A stretch of 64,000 nt of DNA from Eledone cirrhosa (GCA_964016885.1 CAXHJY010000301.1:124001-188000); one strand, 5' to 3'. Shown: positions 1-13,735, counted from the first letter of the stretch. The notes: a model not told the origin generated them from the sequence alone. A program made the numbers and translations.

Positions 1-970
1 AAACTAAAATAAAACTTTAAAAGAATATGACAAGAAACTAAGATAAAACTTTAAAAGAATAGGACAAGAAATTAAAATAAAACTTTAAAGAATTGGACAA
101 GAAATAACAAATTTTACAATAATATTAGTGGCAAAATTTGTATTGGTAAAAAATCGAGTTCCACATTCATAGGCTCTGGGTTCCACATTCAGAGGTCGTC
201 GTCAGACCGGGGGGATCATTTGATCCTGGTTTGAACACCAATTGGGCCATAACCATACCCCTATTTCATCATTCGGTGACACGCCTCATGTCTCATGCGT
301 AATGTGAATGGACCCATGGGCCCATGAGCACAGATCTTGAGCAGCAGTGGATGGTCTTGTCGTCCCGCTCATCCTTGATCTTGACCAACCCGTCCATCTT
401 CTCCTTGCATCTTGTCCTTGAGTTCAAGTCCGGCAGTCCAGATGAATGCGTGCCACAGCTTTCTGGTACAGGAAGGGGGAGCAGGAGGACTGGAGGGATG
501 ACGGGACAGAGGGAGGGAGGACCGGTGGTTGAGGGAGGTGCCGTAGTCGGTGGTCAGAGTCGACATCTTGTCCCGGTCGTCTTCTCCATCTTCGTCTGGT
601 GTTGCGTGACCAGAAGTGCATTCTTGGAGGAGACCTGCAGCTGCATCGGCCAATTCTTCTTGCAATGGTCATTCTGACGGAGCAGAACTGCTCAGCCAAC
701 CAACCCCAACCAGAACCAACCGCTCAGGGGCAATGCACAATGAGAGCATGACAATTATTATGCACTAATCAAGAAGATTCTGGGGCATAGCACAGGAAAC
801 GAATAAAAAAATTTTGCCACTAATATTATTGTAAAATTTTTTATTTCTTGTCCAATTCTTTAAAGTTTTATCTTAGTTTCTTGTCCTATTCTTTTAAAGT
901 TTTATCTTAGTTTCTTGTCCTATTCTTTTAAAGTTTTATTTTAGTTTCTTGTCCTGTATTTTTAAAGGTT
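1..970. mobile_element. Fold-back/TIR-like element with ~34-bp subrepeats in its arms (left arm runs off the window)
   Basis: 1-139 is the reverse complement of ~809-950. Both arms are built of GACAAGAAACTAAGATAAAACTTTAAAAGAATAG-type units and enclose a GC-richer core (~150-800). Confidence 0.55.
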
Positions 971-1855
971 TATATTCCAACAATATTACTTTTTTTTGCT
1001 GTACGCATTTTTCTATCTGGTCTACTATTTTTTAAGGCAATGCAAGCAACAACTATCTTATAATTAAATGATCATAGTGAATTACTGACAAGTGATTGAG
1101 ATTTTATAATTGCAATCTAGTTGAGGCAACTGGCTTAATGACAAAGCTACGTCATTTCTGGATTACCTCCCCTAGCGTCACGCTTACTACTCACTCACTT
1201 GAACACATGATTTATCAGCAAACTTTGATTATAAACTTTTTCCCACTGGACCAAATTTCTAGATTTTTAAGCCAAAAGATGCGTAATGATCTACTGTTCA
1301 TGCTCATATAAGTTTTATCTCAGTTAAATAAAGTGGAGCCGCGCTGTACTGTCGTAAACAGACGATTGCCAACGAAAACACGACCACAACAATATTACTA
1401 AACGGACTACCGTCCGTTTAGGATATACATTTATGTATTCATTATATATATATAAGGAGAGCAGTCACTCTAAATAAAAACTGATACAAAGTATAGAGGA
1501 CCCTTCTGTCTAGTCAGACATCTTTAGTGCTAGTGGCATAAACAATGTACCTAGTCCACGCTGTAATGTGATTGGTGATAGGAAGGACATCCAGCCAGTT
1601 AAAACCTTGCTAAAACTACAAAGTACTACTCACATATGCATACACACATATACATAAGAAAGAAGAAGATGAGACTGTATACATGTTACATTTGTAAAAA
1701 TGTATATTAAGGAAGGGAGGCAATTTAGAGATATAATAGGTTTATTCTTTAGATTAAACAATTTTTTTTTGTCATAAATATATATCAGTGAAGACTCATC
1801 CATTGTTAGCTGTAAAAATGAATGTTAAATGATGATGAGGATATATGTGTGTGTA

Positions 1856-1895
<40 letters not shown>

Positions 1896-2238
1896 TACAC
1901 ATATATATATATATATAAAAATTGATGAGCAGAACAAACAAACATTAAACAATCCTTTAAATAAATTAAAAAATGATTTAAATATCTACCTGTTCATAAT
2001 GCTATTACCAGCAGTTTCCATCTACAAAAGATTAGAAATTCAGAGAATTTCCAACGGAAAGTAGATTTCATCAGATAGCTATTTCCTTTCTATAGGACAT
2101 ACATCCCACGGTCCGCAAATATAATGCCAACTACCAGCTCGTATGAGTTATGGCCGTTAAAGTGACCCACACGTGACCCGGCTGCTAGTGCAAGCGGGAA
2201 TATTACAGACTTGTTGATGATATATATATATATATATA

Positions 2239-2578
2239 TGAGGCACATGGCTTAGTGGTTAGAGCATTGGCCTTGCAATCGAAAGGTTGTGAGTTCAATT
2301 CTCAGACCGGGTGATGTGTTGTTTCCTTGAGCAAGACATTTTATTTAACATTGCTCTAGTTTACTCAGCTGTAGAAATGAGATGATAGGGACTGGGGTCC
2401 ATATCATTCCACTGCAAAGTGGTCGTGGAGGTGCCACGGCAAAAAAGCACCCAGCACTCACTGTAAATGAGGTTGGTGTTAGGAAGGGCATCCAGCTGTA
2501 GAAATCAAGCCAAAATCAGTTCCCGTCCCACCCTTGCAAGCAGGGAAAAAGCAGACGTAAAATGAAATGAAATGATGA
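2239..2578 (+). mobile_element. tRNA-derived SINE with RTE-type 3' tail
   Basis: A box TGGCTTAGTGG, B box GAGTTCAATTC, central TCCTTGAGCAAGAC core, tail ...AGGAAGGGCATCCAGC...GACGTAAAATGA(TGA)n shared with the RTE LINEs. Six similar copies are in the window. Confidence 0.88.
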
Positions 2579-2587
2579 TATATATAT

Positions 2588-5472
2588 ATATAAATGAAAA
2601 TATTACGAAAGAGAATACAGACTGTTAGAACATGTCTATAAAATAAGCTCCTACGCATGTTTTGCTCGAAAAGGGCTTCTCAAGGGCATATAGGTAGGAT
2701 TAGTAAGGTGATCCTCGATAGGGTAATACTTGAACTTAATAGCAAAGCTAAGGTCTGTCTCTGAAACAACACCGACCAGGTCATTACATGGTTCACTGAG
2801 CTGCCTGATAAGACAGCTCTAAAATTCATCCAGTTTGACATAGACAATTACTATGCCTCTATCTCCCCCATATTCTTAAACAAGGCCCTTATTTTAGCTA
2901 GATCTAACACAAGCCTCACTAAAAAAGAGATAGATATAGTACTAGCAGCGTGCAGAACCATTATCCAGTTCGAAGGCTGCCAATGGACAAGAACCAACCA
3001 TCCTGATAACTTTGATATCACGATGGGGTCTAGTGACTCGCCACAAGCAACTGACCTGGTTGGCATATATCTCCTCCATAGACTTAGGGACGAGATCCCT
3101 GTCCTACAAGGAGGTGTATATAGGGACAGCGTCCTATTTACCGTTAAGAACCATAGCCCCCGCCGGTTAGAGAACCTTAACAAGTGCATACACTGGTTCT
3201 TCAAATCCTACGGCCTCTCCGTAACTATAGACCTCAACCACCAGATAGTCAATTTCCTAGACGTGACCCTGGAGTTGGGTACAGGCCTGTACAAGCCATA
3301 CCATAAGCCTGGTGAGGTTCTATCATATATAAATTATGCATCCAACCACCCTAAGTCTACCCTCAACTCCATAGTATATAGCATATCCCATAGGATCTCG
3401 AGGCTATCCGCCCATGAGGTATCTTCAACCAAGCAGCTGACTACTACAATAAGGCCTTGGTGGATGCGGGTTATAACCGAATAATCTCCTACCTCCTTAA
3501 CGCTGACTCTAGAACCCCCGCCCCCATTATAGGACTAATGTTATAGCGAACCATACCAATAACCAAATACGCAGCGGTCATGATAGAGTCAATAATTATA
3601 GAATAGAGAATCGCAGTAAGAAACACGGCCGTCGCGATAACTACATAGGTGGAGGTATAGACGGACTACCGCAAACTAAGGGTCAAGAAACGGGTAACGG
3701 TAGCCGTTGCAGCCTACTAGAACTATTCCCTGCCTATAGGATTAACAATAGTGATGGCCTTTTACCTACACCCTCCAACCGGCATATAGCTACACGAAAA
3801 CGTAACGCAAGGAAAGCTAGTACACCCGAACATAAAGCGAGGGGGATGCGCAATAGGCAGCAGCACAGTAGCAACAATAAGAACGGTTACCTAGCCAACA
3901 CAACCTGTAATAAGCCCACGGCTACGCGTAACTGCCAACGTAATGTCCTATGGTTCCATCCTCCCTACTCTTGGAGTGTGGCCTCTGACTTACCTAGAAT
4001 ATTCTTCGAAGCCTTAGAGAAGAACTTCCCACCTGACCATAAGTACAGAAAAATCCTCAACAAGAACAACATTAAAATATCCTTCTCCACTACACCTAAT
4101 CTAGCCGACATCATAGGGATAACTAACTACAGTAAACTCACCAATACACGGCACCATAGCAGCGATACTTCTAGACATTACAGCAACTCTGATAACCTTA
4201 ACGTTTCCCTAGCAGCACCCGACAATGTTGGCAGCAGCTCCAACTGACGCAACTGCCAAAACGGCGGTGAGACCAAGGAGCACACTGGCGACCCGTATGG
4301 GACGAGATGCTGCAATAGAAGGTGCTATTGCACGCAAAGTAATAATTGTACTATCCCGCGTACCCTCGGATATGATAGTACTAACTACGGAGATAGCGGC
4401 GGCGGTGTGGATGATAACGTCAGTAGTAATAGTAATAGACTTACTTCGGGCACTAGAAGCTACCGCAGCAGCAGCGACCGCGGCCGATACTGCAACTGTC
4501 GAGACCAGGGAAGCTGCCTAACTGACAATGTTATCTATAGGTGCACTGTAACTAGCCATAATAGTGTCAAATATTATGGCTCATTCAAAACTAGATTTCG
4601 AACGCATCTCCACTCTTTTAGAAACAGGAAGCTAAGGTACTCCACATCACTCCACATCCACTCCAACATCAGCTGCTCCACTCACTGGGAAATTGTCAGC
4701 AGGGCAACACCTTTCAACTTTAAGAAGTGCCAGCTCTGTCTCATGGAACTATACCATATTGTACGGGCACCCCTGGATATCATCAATAGCAGAGCCGAAT
4801 CTGTGATAAACTGTGGACACAGAATACAGCAGTCATTCTATGGTTGGACCCCGGTTGATATCAGAACGCCATAAAAACTGGAGCCTCCTGCACCAAGCCA
4901 TAACATGCTGGAGGATGGGGTGCATAATTAGACATCTGTACAATCACTTTGGAAGGTAATAGTACTGTACACCCACCCCCACACATCAACTATGCCTCTT
5001 AGATCTGGCCTGACTAAGCAGTAGTAAATTGGCACCCATGAACTAGAAGTAGAGAATAATTATCATGTGACTGGATGATAAGTCCTTTAGGGACACATAT
5101 TCAAACACTGGTCAGAGTTACTCCCCTTGCTCTGTGATACACACAGCCATGTGTGTTTGAGATAAACATGAACTTCGACGTTGTTATCATTTTAAAATCC
5201 CTTCTGGGTTCTGTATTGAACACTTTCTTGCATTATATGCCCTTGAGAAGCCCTTTTCGGGCGAAACGTACGTAGGAGCTTATTTTATAGACATGTTCTA
5301 ACAGTCTGTATTCTCTTTCGTAATATTTTCATTTATATTAACGCTTCCGATATTTAACCCTGTAGGCACAAGTATTGAGCACAAATGCACCAGCTTATGG
5401 CAACTAACTATATGTATCGCCTCTCCCTATAAACCTTCTACTCTCTCACAATACTAAAATATTTTATTATGT
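2588..5472 (+). mobile_element. Penelope-like retroelement (family 1), 5'-truncated and decayed, RT plus C-terminal GIY-YIG
   Basis: Fragments FIQFDIDNYY, MGSSDSPQATDLVG, GVYRD, NFLDVTL, SNHP, WFHPPY, CNCR...VIYRC...YYG...CQLC...CGH. 2588-2692 is the inverted copy of 5234-5338, followed by a ~135-bp tail; (TA)n flanks. Confidence 0.9.
5241..5276 (+). ncRNA. Minimal hammerhead ribozyme motif (variant core UUGAGAA) in PLE family 1 pLTR
   Basis: CC-UUGAGAA-GCCC(uuuuc)GGGC-GAA-ACGUACGU-A-GG: U3-A8 covariation, palindromic stem III, GUA cleavage triplet. A mutated inverted copy lies at ~2650-2686. Confidence 0.75.
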
Positions 5473-5487
5473 ATATATATATATATA

Positions 5488-6512
5488 AGACAACTACAAG
5501 AGAGGTTCTTCGAGAATAATAAGCCACTATACTTAGCTTTTGTTGACCTAGAGAATGTCTTTGATAGAGTACCCCAATCTGTTATCTGGTGGTCCCTAAG
5601 GAAACTAGGTGTAGAGGAATGGCTTGTGAGGACAGTGCAAGCTATGTACCAAGGTGCTGACAGTAAAGTGAGAGTAAGAATTTAGTTTAGGGAGGAATTC
5701 CAGATACAAGTAGGAGTGCATCAGGGTTCGGTCCTCAGCCCACTCTTATTCATTATAGTTCTCCAAGCCATAACAGAGCAGTTTTCGACTGGCTGCCCAT
5801 GAGAACTTCTCTATACAGTAGATGTTCAGGAAAATTTGATAGAAGTGGCAGTGATAGACACATTTTTCAAATGCAGGTAGGATCTATAGAGGTGGTTGAT
5901 AGCTTCCGATACCTAGGTGATCAGGTTAGCAAGGGAGGAGTGTGCTCCGAGGCCATAGTATCTAGAATAAGGATGGGTTGGAAGAAGTTTAGTGAGCTGC
6001 TTCCTCTGCTGACAAAGAATGGTTTCTCCCTACGAACGAAAGGCCGGTTATATGATGCATGTGTGAGATGCACGATTCTGCATGGTAGCGAGACATGGGC
6101 AAAAACTGTGGAGTATATGCGATGGCTAGAGAGAAATGAAGTAAGCATGCTCCAATGGATGTGCAATGTCAATGTATGTGAATGACCAAGCATAGACAAG
6201 TTGAGAGAGAAATTGTGTATAAGAGGGATAAACTGTAGTGTGCGGGAAAGAAGACTGCATTGGTATGGACATGTGATGCACATGGAGGATGACCGGTCTG
6301 TAAAGAAGTGCCAAGAAATCCCAGTGGAAGGAAGACGCAGTAGAGGAAGACCACGAAAATCAGGGTGGAGGTGGTGAGAGCTGACCTCAGATCGCTGAAG
6401 CTCACAGAAGAAATGACAAAGGACTGTGATGAATGGAGAGATGCTGTGCTGAAAAAGGACCCGTCCCACTCTTGCAATCAGGGAAAAGCGGACGTAAAAT
6501 GATGATGATGAC
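5488..6512 (+). mobile_element. RTE/BovB-like LINE 3' fragment, internally deleted
   Basis: Degenerate LAFVDLE, GVHQGSVLSP, DSFRYLG, LHGSETW, WYGHV motifs; (TGA)n tail. Confidence 0.9.
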
Positions 6513-6524
6513 GTTGATATATAT

Positions 6525-9500
6525 ATTGTTAGCTTACATCTCCAAAGGTCACTTCATTTCCCTTCTGCCCACCCCCCACACACCATAGTTATTTGGTCCA
6601 ATCAAAACTCAGTGGTTTATAGTAAGGTTTCTAACACAAATCTCTATTGCAAAGCCATCGCTTCGGCTACTACTTCTTAAGTTTAGATCTGGTTGTTCTG
6701 TATAATGAATGGACTACAGAGATCGAGAGTTGGAGCACTCTCAATGACAAAGATGAATTCACCTCCTATCTCCAGATGAACATGCAAAAACCTCTCTTTA
6801 TTTCAGACATAGAACACCAACATAAATTCGTTGCCCCCACCCCATCATCTCAGCGAACTCCAAAACTTCAGAGTTGGTACCATGAATGTAGGCACATTGA
6901 ATAGTCAATCAACTGAGGTTGTAGAGATGTTCGAGCGTAAGGAAGTTGGTGTTTGTTATGTTCAAGGGACTAGGTGGAGAGGTGGGTCTGCTAGATTTAT
7001 TGTGGGCAAAAAATGATGCTATAAACTTTTCTGGATGGGAAATGACAACAGGCTGGGTGGAGTAGGAATTATGTTAGAAGAAAAATGGGTAGATAAGGTT
7101 ATTGCTGTAAATAGAGTGAACAACAGAATCATTAATATTCGACAAGTTCTAAATAGAACAACTGTGTCAATAATATCTGCTTATGCACCCCAATCTGACC
7201 TATCTGACATTATAAAAGACAGGTTCTATGGGAAGAATATGGAAGTTGAAGGACGCCATAGCCAGTAACAAATTTAAAAGCATATTACTTGATGGTTTTG
7301 ACAGTAAGGAAGAGCAATTAGAGACGTACAATATAGAGGAACAGTGGGAATTCCTGAAAGTTAACCTGCTGAAGGCGACAGATGAAATCTGTGGCTGGAG
7401 CAGACCTATAGGCAGGAGGAGAGTAACATGGTGGTGGAACAGTAAGGTGGAGGAGTCAATCAAGGCCAAAAGGCAGGCTTGGAAAGTATGGCGGGATGGG
7501 GGAAGTAGAGAACACTATCAGGTGGCTAGGAGAAGTGTACTTTGCAAGAAGGGAAGCAGAGAATAGAAAGTTCAAGCATGTTCTACAACGTGAGGACCAA
7601 AAACGTGAGGTGTTCAGGATTACAAGACAATGTGTCAAGGAAAATTGATATTGTCGGGGAGAAGTGTGTCCGTAATGATGATGGTGTACTTGCTGTCTCT
7701 GATACTGATAAGGAAGTGTCACTACAAGAGACTATTAAATGAGGAGAATAAATGGCATAAAGATAGTCTGCTCCAAATTAATCCAATAGAGGGACCAGCT
7801 GTGCAAGTTAACGGTAGTATAGTAAGTAAGGCAATCAAAGATATGAAGACAGGCAAGGCAGCTGGGCCTTCAGAGGTAGTTGCTGAGATTTTGAAGGCAA
7901 TTGGAATGGTGGGACATACTATGGTCACCTGTAAACCAAGTAATACAGAATGGGGTCATACCAAATGACTGGCATAGCAGCAGCATCGTTAACTGCTACA
8001 AGGGTAAAAGAGATGCTCTAGATGGGGAAACTATAGAAGCAGTAAGTTAGTTGACCAGGTCATGAAGGTCACACAAAGAGTTATCGCACAACTGATTAGA
8101 GACCAAATTGATCTAGATGAAATGCAGTTTGGATTTGTGCCAGGTAAAAGTACCACAGATGCTCTCTTTGTACGGCAACTACAGGAGAAGAACCTAGCTA
8201 AAAGTAAACCCCTCTACTTAGCTTTTGTTGACTTGGAGAAAGCCTTCGACAAAATCCCCCACTCCGTTATCTGGTGGCCTCTTAGAAAACTAGGAGTAGA
8301 TGAGTGGCTTGTGAGAGCTATAAAAGCCATGTATAGAGGAATAGTCAGCAAGGTTAGAATTCACAATGAATATAGTGAAGAATTTAGCATAAAAGTTGAT
8401 GTTCACCAAGGTTCCGTCCTTAGCCCCTCCTGTTTATTATTGCCCTACAGGCTATAACAGAAGAGTTTAAGACTGGCTGCCAATGGGAACTTCTATATGC
8501 AGATGATCTAACTCACATAGCTGAATCTATGGTTGAACTAGAGAAGAAATTCCAAACCTGGAAGGTTGGCCTAGCATCAAAAGGCCTTAATGTTAACTTG
8601 TCTAAGACTAAAGTTCTAGTATGTACAAATGAAAATAGGGCACAGGTGCCCTCTGGGAAATGGCTTTGCTCAGTGTGTAGGAAAGGAGTAGCTAGAAAAT
8701 CCATTCTATGTCCCAAATGCAAACTACGGGTACATAAAAGATGTAGTGGATCACAGGCAAGTTATCTAAGAAAGTAGATTTTATATGTAGCTGATGCTCA
8801 GGTGCAGTAAGTAGCAAGGACCCACTGGATACTAGCTCCTTCTATTGCCCATATGGTTCTATAGAAATAGTAAACACTTTCCATTACCTTGGTGACAAAA
8901 TCAGCAGTGGAGGACGGTGCTCTGAAAGTACAGTAGCCAGAGTGAGAATGGGATGGAAAAAGTTCAGAGAGCTAATACCGCTGTTGGCCACAAAAGGTTT
9001 CTCTAAAAATGAAAGGCAGATTGTATGATGCTTATATACGAACAGCGATGTTACATGGCAGTAAGACCTGGGCATTGTGTGCAGAGGATCTGCGCAGATT
9101 AGAAAGGAACGAAGCATGCATTCTCCGATGGATGTGTAATAGTAATATACGTGAACGGCAAAACGTAAATGAACTAAATGAGAAATTAGGCATAAGAGGG
9201 ATCAGATGCAATTTACTTGAGAGGAGATTATGTTGGTATGGTCATGTGATGCGTATGAAGGATGGCAGCTGTATAAAAAAACTGCAGGGCAATCAAAATT
9301 GATGGAAGCTACGGAGTGAGTAGACCAAGAAAAACCTCGGGCGAAGTGATAAAAGCTGACCTTGCACACTTGAACCTCTCTAAAGCAATGTCACAGTATC
9401 CAGATCTTTGGCGTTATGCAGTAATACAGAAGACCCGCCTTCCCTTACATACAAACTTAAACCTACAGTTAGTAGGCACCTCTTAATCCAATATACACCC

Positions 9501-9750
9501 CACACAGCCCTTTCTCTGATGTTCTGTTGGTACCACAGAACATCCGGTCCACACTGTAAAGTTGTCGTGTAGGAGACACGGTAAAAAGGCTCCCAGTCCA
9601 CACACTGTAAATGTGGTTGGTGCTAGGAAGGGCATCCAGCCATAGAAAACCAGCCAGAAATGGTCCTAGATGAGCGAAACATGGTCACCCAACCCAACTT
9701 GCCTCAAGTGGGACAAACCCGCCCAACCCTTGAAATGATGATGATAATGA
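6525..9750 (+). mobile_element. RTE/BovB-like LINE, near full-length but degenerate (APE, RT, PHD-like finger, 3' UTR)
   Basis: GTMNVGTL, SAYAPQ, EMQFGF, FVDLEKAFD, LLYADD, CSVC...CPKC..HKRC fragments with many stops and an internal deletion near 7230; (TGA)n tail. Confidence 0.92.
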
Positions 9751-9964
9751 TAAGTACAAACGTCCAATATGTTCTTTCTTTTCCTCACTTTGTGTATTTG
9801 TTCTGCATGTTTGTCTTTATTTGTTAACCTTGGAATATATATTCAATGCTTACTTGGAATTTCACATGGCACCATGGAACCCTTTTATTGCAGCAATTGG
9901 GATGCCTACAAATTAGTAGATGGTTTTTCAAATACCCTTGGACAGTATTAATTTTGTGCAACGT

Positions 9965-10660
9965 TCCCTCGTCTTTCTCCTCCTCCTTCTTTGCTAACTT
10001 ATTCCTGAGAGGCTCGTGGGGGCAGAGTCCTCAAACACTCCTTCCAACGGGTCCTGTCAGAAGCAACCATCTTCAACTGATCTAGCTAGATCGAGACCAG
10101 CCATGCTCATGGATGATATCCAATCAGCTTGATCGGGGTCTACCCCTGGGTTTCCTACCAGTTGGTTTTGCCAGTAGAATCTGTCCAGCGGTTCTTTCCT
10201 GAGACATTCTAAACCACATGCCCATATATTGGAGTTGTGATCTCTCAATTCAGAGAAGTAGCAGCTCTACCTGGAGTGATTCTCTGATCTCCGAGCTACA
10301 CACTCTATCGAGTAACGTTACACCAAAGACTCTTCAGAAGAACCCTATTTCAACCACTTGTATTCTTGATTGTATTCTTTCGGTCATTACCAAAGATTCA
10401 TGACCAACAGTAAAGGTTGACACGAATAGTGAATAGAAGATAGCAAGTTTGACTTTTACACTTACCTCTCTTCTTCTGATTACTGAATATTGAAGTTGGC
10501 GCTTCACTGCACCAGCTCCTGCAATTCTTGCACTTAACTAAGCCTCCTGCCGTCCATCACTCGTGATCATGGCCCCAAGATACTTGAACTTATCCACCTG
10601 TTTCAGTGGAACTTGATTCATATTTAGAGTGCACTGTGCAGGCTAACTTCCAATTACCTT
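9965..10660 (-). mobile_element. RTE-clade LINE 3' fragment (different family)
   Basis: Minus strand decays to VDKFKYLG...GHESLVMTERIQSRIQ...GVTLLDRV...RGRPR. A related piece lies at 20745-21110. Confidence 0.75.
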
Positions 10661-10728
10661 GCCTCCTTTTTCTTCTTTTTTTATACAGTCTCTCTCTCTC
10701 TCTCTCTCTATCTATCTCTCTTTATATA

Positions 10729-10775
<47 letters not shown>

Positions 10776-10844
10776 TCATGGTGGTCTATCAGTAACTAAA
10801 CATTCACACCAATATACTATATATATGTATATATATACTTACAG

Positions 10845-11022
10845 AACCGATCGCTCAAAACAGAAGGACTGTAGTGTGTCCTTTCATTGATGTTATTGAC
10901 TATGAAACCTTTGCGTATCGTGCCCAAGATGAAGGAGCCCGTGGAGCATTTGACTGGGAACTGTTTTATAAAAGACTACCTCTTCTTCCTAGCGATCTAC
11001 AGCATCCTGCTGAACCCTTTAA
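10845..11022 (+). CDS. GALNT10: GALNT10/pgant6-like polypeptide N-acetylgalactosaminyltransferase, internal exon (catalytic domain)
   Basis: ttacAG acceptor, GTAAGT donor. Translates (E)[59 protein letters not shown], matching the GALNT10 signature (CPxIDVID, RGAFDW). 178 bp; phase joins the next exon in frame. Not in the ORF track. Confidence 0.93.
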
Positions 11023-11534
11023 GTAAGTAAACCTTTTTTAAATTGACCCCTTTTAGATACCAAACCTGTCTTTGAAACTCCCCCTATTTTCACAATACAA
11101 AACTGTTTTGTTTTAACTCATTTGTTACCATATTTTCTATTAGAATTATGTTAAGGATGGGGTTAAAGTTTTTACATTTATCTAAATTTTATAAGAATCT
11201 TTAAGATATGTTCCAGACATCTACTTAATAATGAAGAAGTTAGGTATATTACTAAATCCTTATAAAATTTGAATATTTTCAAAATTATTTGAAAACCTAG
11301 GCAATGTCTTTCATTTCTCGTCATCTGTCACATAACCTCAGCATTCTCTGCTAATGTCATGCCCTACTGCCGTACAACACTATATTTCTTATGCAGACAT
11401 CATATACGCTACTCTTTCTTCACTTGAAGAGAAAATCCCTTTGTTGTCAACAGAGGTAGTAACTTCCTCAACCTTTTCCACATGGTTAGGGTAGAAGTAC
11501 TTTTCAGTTTGGCCGAGCATGTGACAACCTCTCT

Positions 11535-11895
11535 AGTGTTGGTGCCACGATAATATGTACCCAGTAGTCCCTGTAAAATGTTAGTGCTAGTGCATTGAAA
11601 CAACACACCCAGTCCACTTTGTAAAGTGTTAGTGTCAGTGCCACGATAAAATGTACTCAGTATATTAGTGTTGGTATGATGAAAAAAAATACACCCAGTT
11701 TACTCTATAAAGTGTTAGGGTCAGTGCCATGATAAAATGCACTTATTACTCCCTGCAAAGTGTTAGTGTTGGTGTCACAATAAAATGCACTCATTACTCC
11801 CTGCAAAGTGTTAGTGTTGGTGCCACAATAAAATGCACTCATTACTCCCTGCAAAGTGTTAGTGTTGGTGCCACAATAAAATGCACCCAGTAAAT
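11535..11895 (+). repeat. ~48-bp minisatellite derived from the SINE/RTE tail module
   Basis: Unit GTGTTAGTGTTGGTGCCACAATAAAATGCACTCATTACTCCCTGCAAA, about 7 copies, running into the standard AGGAAGGG..TCCAGC tail. Confidence 0.85.
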
Positions 11896-12144
11896 GCTGT
11901 GAAGTGGTTGGCATTAGGAAGGGTGTCCAGCAGTTAAAATCATGCCAAATGTGGAATGATGACGTCTCCCCTACATGTGACAACCAAAGATGAGATTTCT
12001 AAGACCATACCTACCTATTCAACCTACGCCAGCATGGAAAATGGTCATAAAAATAGATGGCGGTAGTGGCGGTGATGGAAGTGATGATGATGGTGGTGGT
12101 GGTGGTGATGGAAGTGATGATGATGCTGGTGTTTATATTTCCAG

Positions 12145-12262
12145 GAGCCCTGTGATGGCTGGAGGCCTGTTTGCTATCAACCGCGAATGGTTTTGGGACC
12201 TTGGGGGTTATGATCCTGGCCTCGATATATGGGGAGGTGAGCAATATGAATTATCATTCAAG
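12145..12262 (+). CDS. GALNT10: GALNT10-like exon (Gal/GalNAc-T motif)
   Basis: tttccAG acceptor, GTAAGA donor. [39 protein letters not shown] (MAGGLF and WGGE motifs). 118 bp; completes the split Lys codon of the previous exon. Confidence 0.96.
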
Positions 12263-12454
12263 GTAAGAAAATTTGAAAATCTTTATTGAACGCTTTTGAT
12301 ACCAATCCTTTCCCAGCCCAACCAAAAACTGCTATTCTATGAAAGAAAGCTACCCATTTCAAAGGTTTCCTATTTAAATTAAAATGTGTGTCTATATATT
12401 TGTGTGTGTTTGTATAGGTATATTATTAATATATATATATATATATATAATCAC

Positions 12455-13735
12455 TGTTAAAAATTCCTGACCTGGAAGCATAACCTGGAATCAAAAGGTC
12501 TTAAAGTCAACTTGCCAAAGACCAAAGTTCTAGTAAGTAGTAAGGAAAACAAAGCCCTGATCCCTTCTGGGAAATGGCCCTGCACAGTGTACATGAAAGA
12601 GGTGGATAGAAATTTCATTCTCTGTCCCAAATGCAAGCTATGGTTACATAAGAGATGTAATGGGATCCAAGGTAAGTTAGCTAAGAACGTTGGCTTTACA
12701 TGTAGGCCTTGCACAGGAACAGTAAGTAAATGACTACAGGAAACAAGTGCTATCAAATTCTTGGAAGGTTCCATAGAAACAGAAGACAGCTTCTGTTACC
12801 TAGGTGACCAAATCAGCAGTGGAGGTGGGTGTGCCAAAAGTACAGTATCCAGAGTGAGAACGGGGTGGAAAAAGTTCAGGGAGCTACTACTGCTGCTAGC
12901 TACAAAATATTTTCCCCTCAAAATGAAAGGCAGACTATGATGCTTACATACGAGCAGCCATGTTGTATGGTAGTGAGTCCTGAGTGCTGTGTGCAGAGGA
13001 CCTGCGAAGATTAGAAAGAAATGAAGCTGGCATGCTGTGATGGATGTGTAATAGTAATATACATTAACGGCAAAGCATAAATGAACTGAGAGGGAAACTG
13101 AGTATAAGAAGGATCAGATGCAGTGTGCAGGAGAGGAGATTGCATTGGTATGGATATGTGGTACATATGAAAGATGAGAGCTGTATAAAAAGGTGCAGAG
13201 CACTCAAAGTTGATGGAATCTATGGAGTAGGAAGACTTGGGAAGAGCAGACCTTGCACAATTACACCTCTCAAAAACAATGACACAGGATCAAGATCTCT
13301 GACGTTATACAATTATACCAAAGACTCACCTTCTCATGTGCACAGGTTGAAGCATGCATCTAGTATGCAATACTTTCCCTTACCTCCCCTCCTTTCTACA
13401 CACTTTCCATGCCCTAACACCCCACCCATGTCATAACACCACACCCCCACTTCATCCTCACTACCTCTCCAGCCCCCATACACCTCCCCTACTCTAGCTT
13501 CAAGTTCACACATAAAGTGGTCATCTTAGGTGATACGACAAAAAGCGCCCCGTCCGCACTTTGTAAATGTGGTTGGTGTTAGGAAGAGCATTTAGCCATA
13601 GAAACTAAACTCAAATCAGTTCTGTATGAACAATACATAGTCATCTGACCTAGCATTTCTCACAACAGAACAACACGTCTAACTCATGCTAGCATAGAAA
13701 AATGGACATTAAGCGGTGATGAGGATGGTGATTTT
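12455..13735 (+). mobile_element. RTE/BovB-like LINE 3' fragment
   Basis: KTKVLV...CPKCKLWLHKRC...ERRLHWYG; 3' UTR homologous to the other copies. Confidence 0.88.

Noticed and set aside
2239-2312. tRNA gene
   Set aside because: A and B boxes belong to a multi-copy SINE head; no convincing acceptor stem or terminator.
11990-12144. Gly/Asp-rich N-terminal extension of the exon-containing ORF
   Set aside because: Intronic (GGT/GAT)n tail of a retroelement upstream of the AG acceptor at 12143-12144.
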